64,000 bases of DNA, from contig NC_043001.1 of assembly GCF_006345805.1 (NCBI RefSeq), positions 75,640,001-75,704,000 on the forward strand. Direction: 5' to 3'. This document shows positions 53,673 to 64,000 of this stretch, in pieces. Below the pieces are notes generated by a model. That model did no database searches. It saw only the letters and a program-made list of their open reading frames with translations, and was not told the origin of the DNA. The translations under genes were made by a program, and so were the position numbers. The stretch comes from Octopus sinensis (Eukaryota). The stretch's first letter is position 1. Each line of letters starts with the position of its first letter.

Positions 53673-54397
53673 GTTATTATTTGATTTCCATATTGAAATA
53701 TAAATCGGTGTTAAAGAGATTAAATTCTTTGAGATCATTCTCTGCAGTACATGTAGTTTTGAATTAGTTTGTTTATTTTGGAGCGATTACAAGTTTGGCA
53801 TATGTATAGGATCTCGGTATATGTGCGTTTGTGTGTGTGTGTGCGCACGCGTGTAGCTTTTGTTTTGGTTCACGTGTAACTGTTTGTCCATGATCTTCCA
53901 CCATACATTTTAAAAATTAAGATATTACTTAGTTTAGATGGATTCTTTTCGTTTTTTTAGGAGTTCTCTTTGTTTTTACATTTTAAAAACGTGCTTTAAA
54001 TCAGCCACCAAAAAGAATCATCTTGAACATCATACAAATATTTTCCAAAATCAAATTGCAATGTTTTTAGTTTTACTATGCAAATTTACTATATTTTGTA
54101 CTTTGATATGTAAATTTTCTATGAAGATTTATGCAAATATCCGTCATCAAATATTAGTTTAAAGGGTGTATGTATACACACACACACTGACACACCCGCA
54201 GTCACACCCGCAGTCACACCCGCAGTCACACAGTCACAGACACATTTTTTTCATTTGATTAACACATCATTTGGACTTCAAGGTTTCGATTTAGCATGGA
54301 TTTTGTATTTAGTCGCAATTTATTTTTTCATTATTACTATTATTATTATTATTGAGTGAGAGAGCAGTTCATGCCATCAAAGTGACACTGGGGTAAA

Positions 54398-54469
<72 letters not shown>

Positions 54470-54472
<3 letters not shown>

Positions 54473-54657
54473 TAGTTTTATTTTTATAGCGTGCTTTCAC
54501 TTCACTACCGAGCACAGCTCTGTGTGCCTTGGGTATGTGCTGTGATTTGTTATGATGCTCTGATGGTTATTGTATGGAAAGTGTTCTGCGTAGGATGTGT
54601 GCAGTGCCTAGTAGTGCAATTTTCTGTATGTTATATGTGTTTGTAAGTCCTGGTGTT

Positions 54658-54665
<8 letters not shown>
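54470..54665 (-). mobile_element. Second, shorter copy of the R4/Dong 3' end
   Basis: Near-identical to 61411-61605; embedded in (ATT)n. Confidence 0.85.
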
Positions 54666-54708
<43 letters not shown>

Positions 54709-55241
54709 GAGTGAGAGAGCAGTGCATGCCATCAAAGTGACACTGGGGTAAAATATACAAAGCCCAGTATACCCATCATGACTACCTGTCTGATAAGGGC
54801 ACACCAGGCATATGCATCACAACCATATGTGCGCGACATGATTTCATATCAAGATAAACAGCGCATGACCTTGCAGGTGGGGTCCAGTTAGAATTTTCTT
54901 CAGGTCGAGTAGCCCATCCCACTCAAAAGGTCCTTGAATAAGGATTAAGGATGTTGAACGAAACACCCATGTTTCCGAAGGTGAATTATCCAAACCCCAA
55001 AGAAAATCCTCCCAACACATGGCTATGATGCTCCCCCACTACTTCTGCTCGTGATCAGAGATGCACGTATTGTCAGCCACTAAGGCACATGCTTAACTGG
55101 TTAAGGTCAAGCAACTGACAAGCAAATCTGTGATACTGAGCAGCATATTTGCTGTAGCCCATCTTTTAAACCAAGACAAAACAATGTACATGATAACACC
55201 TCCAATCAGTTAAGATCAGAAGTCATGAGAGCCACTGTCTG

Positions 55242-55242
<1 letters not shown>
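54709..55242. mobile_element. About 550-nt non-coding (AAT)n-embedded repeat, copy A
   Basis: gagtgagagagcagtgcatgccatcaaagtgacactgggg...gagagccactg; homologous to copies B and C and to a fragment at 54354-54399. Confidence 0.85.
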
Positions 55243-55311
<69 letters not shown>

Positions 55312-55341
55312 TATTATCATTATTATTACTATTATTATTAC

Positions 55342-55376
<35 letters not shown>

Positions 55377-55413
55377 TTTTATTATCATTATCATTAACAT
55401 TATTATTATTATT

Positions 55414-56113
55414 GAGTGAGAGAGCAGTGCATGCCATAAAAGTGACACTGGGGTAAAATATACGAAGCCCAATATACCCATCATGACTACCCGTCTGATA
55501 AAGGTACACCAGGCACATGCATCACAACCATATGTGCGCGACATGGTGATCTCATATCAACATAAACAGCACATGACCATGCAGGTGGTGCTCAGTTAGA
55601 ATTTTCTTCAGGTTGAGTAGCCCATCCCACTCAAAAGGTCCCTGAATAAGGATTGTTTAAGGATGTTGAAAGAACCACCCATGTTTCCAGAGGTGAATTA
55701 TTCAAACCCCAAAGAATCCCTCTCAACACATGGCTATGATGCTCCCCCACTACTTCTGCTCGTGATCAGAGATGCACATATCGTCAGCCACTAAGGGACA
55801 TGCTCAACTGGTTAAGGTCAAACAACTGACAAGCAAATCTGTGGTATTGAGCAGAATATTTGCTGTAGCCCATCTTTTATACCAAGACAAACAACTGACA
55901 AGCAAATCTGTGGTATTGAGCAGAATATTTGCTGTAGCCCATCTTTTATACCAAGACAATGCTGTAGCCCATCTTTTATACCAAGACAATGCTGTAGCCC
56001 ATCTTTTATACCAAGACAATGCTGTAGCCCATCTTTTATACCAAGACAATGCTGTAGCCCATCTTTTATACCAAGACAATTACTGTAGCCCATCTTTTAT
56101 ATGCTGTAGCCCT
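55414..56113. mobile_element. Same repeat, copy B, ending in a tandem-duplication ladder
   Basis: Same left end as copy A; 69-bp unit x2, then 30-bp unit x4, then shorter units. Confidence 0.85.
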
Positions 56114-56173
56114 ATTATTATTATTATTATTATTATTATCATTATTATCATTATCATTATTATTATCATTATT

Positions 56174-56237
<64 letters not shown>

Positions 56238-56868
56238 TTAACGCCGCCTTAGGGAAGACGGGGGTATTGTTTTAAGTCGTCTTTGTTTGCTTGTTTGTTC
56301 GTTGTCAAGATATCTCAAGTAATGATGGATGGATTCGGATGACACTTTCAGGGATGTTTGGCGTTGTGACTGGCACGAACGGATTAGATTTTGGGAATGA
56401 TCCAGTGCCGGACACGGATTCTGGATTATTTGTTATATTTACTTTACACGATTCCGATCTTATGTTGACTTTCATTTCTTTTTCAGCTATCTCCCTTTAG
56501 GCTGTTTCCAAGTTTTATTTTCGTTTTTCTATTTTTAATTTTACTCGCCTCTCCATCTTAGTAGAAACTGCTGGATGAAAAAGTCAAACTACGTAAACAA
56601 ACAGCAGCAAAACTGTTCAGAAATTAAATAACACTAATATATTTTTATAATATATATTCATGATTACCATTGGAATCGATCAGGTTACGGACAAGGATTT
56701 TGGATTATTTTTCCGCTTTTTTTTTTACTTAATTTTTGAGAGCGGTCGGGTTCATTTTTAGTATTCACGTTTGTGAGAGCAGTTGGGTTTATTTCAGATA
56801 TTCTTATTTTAAAAATCATCTCTGGCTAATCGTCGAGTGGACGTTGGTGTTGCCTTTGAGGAGGTTTG

Positions 56869-58574
56869 TGTTACAGGTGGTTTGAGTTGTTTTTGTCATG
56901 TTAGACGTAAGTCATAGTGTTAAATATTTGTTTGATTGATTGTTACTGTTCAAATTGTTGCTTGTATTATTTTGAATTGTTGTTTTTATCCATTGTGGGG
57001 AAAATGGAGAAAACTCCAGCAGGTGGCCACAGTTATGCGGCTGCAACTGGAAAAGGGATAGACGTGGAAACGCTGGAGGTACGAGAAATAAAGTTTGAAC
57101 CTCGAAAAATGAAGGAATGCGAGAAGTTGCTGGAAAGAGATGGAAATTCACTGAAATTAACGCCGCCTGTGGAACTAACAACCAATGTAATGAAAAGAAC
57201 GGTGATATATAAGACAATGAAGATAGCAACAAGGAAAATAGAAATAGTGACAATAGAGGCTATTGAAGAATGTTTGAAGAATATAAAAAGACTACCCACA
57301 TTTATAACAAGAGGGAGAAAGTACACTACTGTGGAGGTGGGTTTTGCATCAGAAGAGGAAGTAATTAAGCACTCAACGGAGGCAGTAAGATCGGAAGAAT
57401 GGGTACTTTTACCATCGTACTGTGGCTAACGTGTGGCCAGGGTGCGAGTTGGCAAAGTGCCCCCTGAGATGAAAGAAGCATGGCTAATGACAGCCATAAT
57501 GTATGACATGAATTGGGAGGCCACAAGAACCCAGAGAGTCAACTACTGGGGATATGGAATACAGTTAACCGTTCAAGCAACAGTGGAAGACCTAAAAAGA
57601 ATTGTCGAAGAGATAGTGCTGCCCGATGACGTAAGATTGAGAGTGGTGGTGGTAGGAAGGCCACCTATATGTTATACACGGGGGGAAAAGGGTCACATGA
57701 AGCGAGGTTCCCCCAGAGGGAACAACAGAGAGAGAGAGCAGACGAAGAGGCAGGAGAGCATGGACCAGGTGGTCGAGATAAAGGAGAAAGCAACGGAAGA
57801 GGGGTTCACGGTGTTAAAAAAAGAAAGAGAAGTGGGAGAGTGAGTTCTCCGCCAGAGCAGCAGAAAAAGAACCAGGAAGAGATAGAAAAGGAGGAGACTA
57901 GAAGGAAGGAAGACGAAATGGTGGTGGATAAAATAAGCGACAAGGGACTTGAAGTGTTCGACGTGGAGTTGCATAAGGAATAGACCTTGGTGAAGACACC
58001 GGTTGTGGAGGAAGAAACTTTAGAAACGCAAGTGCAGAAACTGTTCAGAGTAATGGAAGAAAAGAAGAAGGTACCAGGAGTGGAGCAGGAAAAGAGAAAA
58101 CAAATAAAAAAAGGAAAATTTCGATGGAATTTTGTGACGTACGCAAACAGCAAGGAAACTGAAAAGAGTGTATTAAAGTTTAAACATATTATAAGAGTAA
58201 AGTTGCGCACGGATGTGTATTCCGAGAATGTGAAGGCCATCATAGTTGACAAGTACACTTACAACAGACTAAAAGACATGTGTGGAGAAGGGATTGACCC
58301 GTCAGTAAGTAAAATTGTTTTAGTGGAAAGAAGGAAAAAATTAAAATTGTTTTATTTTTAAAAAGGGACAAAAACGAGATTAAGAAAAAAAACAATAAGA
58401 TAATAGAACGATTGTAAATTGTTTATATAAACATACAAATGATACTGCATGGGAGCGGGGCCCATGCAGCCATTTCATTCTTCCTTTTTATATAACATTT
58501 CATTTTCATTCGTTTTATATTTTTGTCCAGACTGTGGTGTTGTGTCTGTCTTTGTAGTGCCAAAATAAAGAAAC
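56869..58574 (+). mobile_element. ORF1-only L1/Tx1-like non-autonomous retroelement with 9-bp TSD
   Basis: ggaggtttg at 56860-56868 and 58575-58583. ORF1-like reading MEKTPAGGHSYAAAT...VRVGKVPPE...VVVVGRPPICYTRGEKGHMKRGSP (decayed zinc knuckle); 3' end aataaagaaac. Confidence 0.8.
57003..58361 (+). pseudogene. Disrupted ORF1 (gag-like, zinc knuckle, Glu/Lys-rich C-terminus)
   Basis: In-frame stop at 57427-57429, a frameshift near 57840 and a stop at 57981-57983 break one long reading. Confidence 0.7.
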
Positions 58575-58610
58575 GGAGGTTTGCGCTCTCTGAGTGCTCA
58601 TCTTCGTCTT

Positions 58611-58721
<111 letters not shown>

Positions 58722-59527
58722 CAATATTATTATTTTCTTCCTTATGCATACAGAAAGTGTTTAGGTTTTTCTTTTTCCATTTTCCTTTATTTAACTTTTG
58801 CCTTACTACTTTGAAAGATGCGTAAATCAATCTCTATACCAACGCTTAATTTACAATCATTTAAAAATAATTTTTTTAATCTTTTCGAGATTGAATAACA
58901 GAATTTCAAATCCAAGAAAATCGATTTCACTAGAAATAATAATTAGTAACTCAAATAAACTTCAAAATCGATAGGTTTCGAGAAAAACTACGAAACCAGC
59001 TTGTTAGGAACAAAGTAACTGTTAGAATAATTAAACACAAAATAGAATAAAAAATCAGAACCAGCATAAATACTGGATTTTCAATAACTTTAAAACATAC
59101 ATCAAGCATACGGTATAACATTATGGAAACATTGAAAAGCTCTACTTTGTGGTTAGAAGATAAAAGCGTGTAACAATGGCAAATTCGCACGTGCACGCGC
59201 ACGCACACAGATATATAGACACACACAAGCACACACATACACATGCACATGCATAAATATATATGTATATATATAAATATACACTTATATATATATGTGT
59301 GTGTGTTTATGTATGCGTATATATATACACACATATATATATATAGAAATTCAGGGTGAGTACTTGATAATTAAAGAAGGCCACAGACACACATTATGCA
59401 TTGTTATAAATCCGTCTAATAAAGGCCCGAAACATATGTACCGCTGAATCCTTGGCATCATGTTTTTATATATATATAGATATATATATATATATATATA
59501 TATGCTTATATATTTATATATATGAAT

Positions 59528-59559
<32 letters not shown>

Positions 59560-59560
59560 G

Positions 59561-59601
<41 letters not shown>

Positions 59602-59604
<3 letters not shown>

Positions 59605-60025
59605 TCTTACTCTTTACTCTTTTACTTGTTTCAGTCATTTGACTGCGGCCATGCTGGAGCACCGCCTTTAGTCGAGCAAATCGACCCCGGGACTTATTCT
59701 TTGTAAGCCCAGTACTTATTCTATCGGTCTCTTTTGCCGAACCGCTAAGTTACGGGGACGTAAACACACCAGCATCGGTTGTCAAGCAATGCTAGGGGGA
59801 CAAACACAGACACGTAAACATACACACAAATACATATGTATATATATATATACATACATACGACAGGCTTCTTTCAGTTTCCGTCTACCAAATCCACTCA
59901 CAAGGCATTGGTCGACCCGAGGCTATAGCAGAAGACACTTGCCTAAGATGCCACGCAGTGGGACTGAACCCGGAACTATGTGGTTGGTAAGCAAGCTACT
60001 TACCACACAGCCACTCCTGCGCCTA
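59602..60025 (-). mobile_element. tRNA-derived SINE family B, full length
   Basis: Head taggcgcaggagtggctgtgtggtaag..gggttcagtccc, central (CA/TA)n, tail ..gactgaaacaagtaaaagagta. Confidence 0.9.
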
Positions 60026-60424
60026 TATATAGCTCGAATTTATAGGAAACAAAAGACAAACACGGGTGAGGAAACTTTAAGCGGATGTATTAGTTTGACG
60101 ATCGGGAAGAATGGAAAAACCGTTGACGGTTCGATGCCATGTTCTTCGACAGAAAAGATTGTGAGGGAAAAATGGAGAGAGTACGAAAAGAAATGGGGTG
60201 AGAAAACATTTGGAAGAATTAATGGTTCAATATGATGAAATGACCGAAAGAGGCTGAGTGAAAGGGAGATAATAACAATGACCCGCCTAAACTAGGGTGC
60301 GCAAGCGCTTGCGTGTAAGTGAGAAAATACGTGTCTGAGTGTGTGTATGTGAATAGGGGGAGCACGTGCAAATGTATGTTTGGGCGAGCTTGAAATTATG
60401 TGGGCCTGTCCAAGCGTATGGGAG

Positions 60425-60461
<37 letters not shown>

Positions 60462-60663
60462 CTATATGTAACCAAGGGCGTGCATTTTATGGACTAATGC
60501 GCATCTCGTGTATTTGTATGTATGTGATGTGTGTCGTATGTGTGTATATTTCTGTATGAATTGTTAGATTTGGGTATGGTTATATTTTTGCCAATGAACC
60601 ACACGCACTATATACTTGGTCTTCACTTCAGCCTTATTATGATTATTATTATTATTATTATTA

Positions 60664-60696
<33 letters not shown>

Positions 60697-60722
60697 CATT
60701 ATCATCATTATTATTATTATTA

Positions 60723-60756
<34 letters not shown>

Positions 60757-61308
60757 GAGTGAGAGGGCAGTGCGTACCATCAAAGTAACTCTGGGGTAAA
60801 ATATACGAAGCTCAGTATACCCATCATGACTACCCGTCTGATAAGGATACACACGGCACATGCACTACAACCAAATGTGCGCGACATGGTGATATCATAT
60901 GACGATAAAGAGTACATGACCTTGCAGGTGGGGCCCAGTTAGAATTTTCTTCAGGTCAAGTAGCCCATCCCGTTCAAATGGTCCCTCAATAAAGGTTGTT
61001 TAAGGATGTTAAATGAACCCCTATGTTTTCAAAGTTGAATTAGCCAAACTCTAAAGAATTCCTCTCAACACATGGCTATGATACTCTCCCACTACGTCTG
61101 TACGTGATCAGGGATGCACATATCGTCAGCCACTAAGGAGCATGTTCAACTGGTTAAGATCAAACAACTGACAAGCAAATCTGTGGTATTGAGCAGAATA
61201 TTTGCTGTAGCCATTCTTTTATATCAAGACAAAACAACGTACATGATAACACTTCCAATCAATTAAGTAGCCATGAGAGCCACTGCCTGGCACCGCATCA
61301 GGACATTT
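60757..61308. mobile_element. Same repeat, copy C (longest)
   Basis: Same left end; extends to gcatcaggacattt; (ATT)n on both sides. Confidence 0.85.
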
Positions 61309-61325
61309 ATTATTATTATTATTAC

Positions 61326-61410
<85 letters not shown>

Positions 61411-61413
<3 letters not shown>

Positions 61414-61790
61414 TAGTTTTATTTTTATAGCGTGCTTTCACTTCACTACCGAGCGCAGCTCTGTGTGCCTTAGGTATGTGCTGTGATTTGTTGTGATGCT
61501 CTGATGGTTATTGTATGGAAAGTGTTCTGCGTAGGATGTGTGCAGTGCCTAGTAGTGCAATTTTCTGTATGTTATATGTGTTTGTAAGTCCTGGTGTTTT
61601 TGTTATGTATTTGTCTGAATATTTTTTTATCATGCCTAATGCACCCACTATAATAGGAATTGTTTCTGTTTTTAGATTCCACATTCTGATTACCTCTATT
61701 TCCAGGTCTTTGTATTTTGAAAGTTTCTCCATTTCTTTTAGAGACACGTTGTCATCTGCCGGTATTGATACATCAATTAGAAAGCATTTT
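61411..61790 (-). mobile_element. R4/Dong-clade LINE 3' end with restriction-like endonuclease C-terminus
   Basis: KCFLIDVSIPADDNVSLKEMEKLSKYKDLEIEVIRMW..IPIIVGALG..IQKIALLGTAHILRRTL*; flanked by (AAT)n on both sides. Confidence 0.85.
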
Positions 61791-61812
61791 TAAAATTATT
61801 TTTATTTTTATT

Positions 61813-61897
<85 letters not shown>

Positions 61898-62316
61898 TAT
61901 TATTATAATTATTATTATTATTATCATTATTATTATTATTGGTATTATTATTATCATTCATGTTCACAGACTGCTCGCCAAATTCAATTAAGCGAACATA
62001 GGGAAAGATTCGGTCAGAAAATGTTTTTTGCTTTTTTCTTTCCACAAACTACATGACACAATTGAAGTTGGAAGAAAGTTAAAAGAAAAACGTTTTCTTT
62101 AAATGTTCAAGCCTGTTCTGAAAGGAAATGACAACAATAATAGAACAACCAGTTAATGATGTGGATTAAAACATAACTTTAACATAAATTAAAGAAAGTT
62201 CCCAACGATTGATATAAAGCGATCGAAACCAACCAAGTTTGCTCATTCATAAAACCATTACATGTAAACTGCAGGCTAATCGATTGAAATAAAGGACGTT
62301 TGCACTCTCGGAGTGC

Positions 62317-62463
62317 TCTTCTTCTTCTTCTTCTTCTTCTTCTTCTTCTTCTTCTTCTTCTTCTTCTTCTTCTTCTTCTTCTTCTTCTTCTTCTTCTTCT
62401 TCTTCTTCTTCTTCTTCTTCTTCTTCTTCTTCTTCTTTTTCCACTTCTTTTCTTCTTCTTCTT

Positions 62464-62526
<63 letters not shown>

Positions 62527-62572
62527 GTTGTTGTTGTTGTTGTTGTTATTATTGTTATTATTATTATTATTT
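62317..62572 (+). repeat. Compound (TTC)n(ATT)n(GTT)n microsatellite
   Basis: Direct observation. Confidence 0.97.
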
Positions 62573-63385
62573 TGTACTTTATGCATACAGACAGTTTCTA
62601 GGCTTTTCTTTTTCCAGTGATTTCGGTGCCACCGGCAAATCGTCACGTTTAAGCTGCATGCTGATAGGTCAAAACTGTATTCGAAAAATTCAGCTTGTCA
62701 GAGCATTGTAAAAGGTATAAATGTTAGAGTCATTTTACTACAGTTGTCAAGTACTAAACTCAACTATCACTTAATGCGTATTGAAATCTGATGATTACTA
62801 CGAACGTATGAAATCGCTAATTGAACTCAATGAATACAGCTAAATATTTTTTAATCTTTTACACACTTCAACAGTGTAAACAAAGTTTCGAAATATACAA
62901 AAATATAAACGTGAAAACCATATATATACAAAAGTGTGTATAAAGATATATACACACAGCGAAGACCCATGACAGGACTTCTTACATGCTAAAAGGGGCA
63001 GTTAAACCCAAACCACGAAAAAATAATTCGCTGGTAATGGCACTGGAATGAAAGGAATTTGGCATGTAAGAATTCCCGTCATGGGTCTTCTCTTTATGTA
63101 TATATCTTTATACACTCTTATATATGAAAATATGTTCGCTTGTGACTTTCATCACGCATGCGAACCACTGGTAATAAATTATCTTAATACTTTACCCTTA
63201 TGATTTATATATGTATATATACATATATAATACATATTGGAAAAAAGTCAAGATAGAAAATGCTAAAATAATTTTAGCATTTTCTATCTTGACTTTTTTT
63301 CCATATATATCAACTCGTGTGTTCCTTGTCATCCTTCTATATACATACATATACATACATATACATATACATTTATATATGTGAG

Positions 63386-63421
<36 letters not shown>

Positions 63422-63427
63422 ATATAT

Positions 63428-63478
<51 letters not shown>

Positions 63479-63493
63479 TAGATAGATAGATAG

Positions 63494-63533
<40 letters not shown>

Positions 63534-63652
63534 TGTATAGATACATATGTATATGCATATATATATACATATACATTTATATATGTGTGTATATATAGAT
63601 ATGTATAGATATAGATATATATGTATATGCGCACATATGTATGTATATGCCC

Positions 63653-63690
<38 letters not shown>

Positions 63691-64000
63691 AAAGGGCTTA
63701 GTAAAATAAATTACTTTGCCGCATACTGAACTCATTAGAAATAGCAGCTAAAAAACTTTTTTAAAGCTATTTCTAATACTTAAAGAAAATCTCTCTCATA
63801 TATAGTGTTTGCTTAATTCAACTCACAAAAGTTTGGGGGTAAGGACATCGAAAAATCAATTGTTGAAATTATAATTAATCTCCCTCTGATTAATGCTTCG
63901 GATTTTACCGAAATAAGCATAGTGTTTGATGATTTTAACCCACGCTGGTGGAAAGGGGAGAACAGAGATTCTTCGCTTGCTTATTTGAATTTGTTGGCAC

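Noticed and set aside
55957-56076. 30-bp direct repeats as a CRISPR array
   Set aside because: Contiguous with no spacers, no cas genes, eukaryotic context, and derived from the host repeat.
61200-61308. HDV-like ribozyme at the end of the 550-nt unit
   Set aside because: One hairpin is visible, but I could not assemble P1, P2, P3 and P1.1; this needs a descriptor search.

Overview
This is AT-rich animal genomic DNA, roughly intronic or intergenic, very rich in microsatellites ((TA)n, (CA)n, (TACA)n, (GATA)n, (AAT)n, (GAA)n). I recognise the SINE families and repeat style as octopus (cephalopod); this is by eye, with no database search. Most ORF-track entries are microsatellite read-throughs. 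The only convincing host coding sequence is a terminal exon of a GPI-anchored Ly6/uPAR three-finger (quiver/sleepless-like) protein at 21902-22122 (+). The rest is a nest of mobile DNA: three Penelope-like elements, two mariner remnants, a Tc1 remnant, a Tc2/pogo-type non-autonomous element, RTE, L1/Tx1 and R4/Dong LINE pieces, a Helitron end and many tRNA-derived SINEs. The most interesting structures are: (1) a TSD-flanked head-to-head palindrome of a tRNA-headed element carrying a hammerhead-ribozyme motif, whose 3' terminus recurs on a Penelope RT fragment (18139-18797); (2) type I hammerhead ribozymes in the inverted terminal repeats of a young Penelope (51131-53167); (3) SINE multimers that restart at a fixed internal site complementary to their own 3' end; (4) a complete TSD-flanked ORF1-only L1/Tx1 derivative; (5) an (AAT)n-targeted R4/Dong cluster containing a repeat ladder that looks like RT stuttering. 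All coordinates were read by eye and may be off by a few bases.
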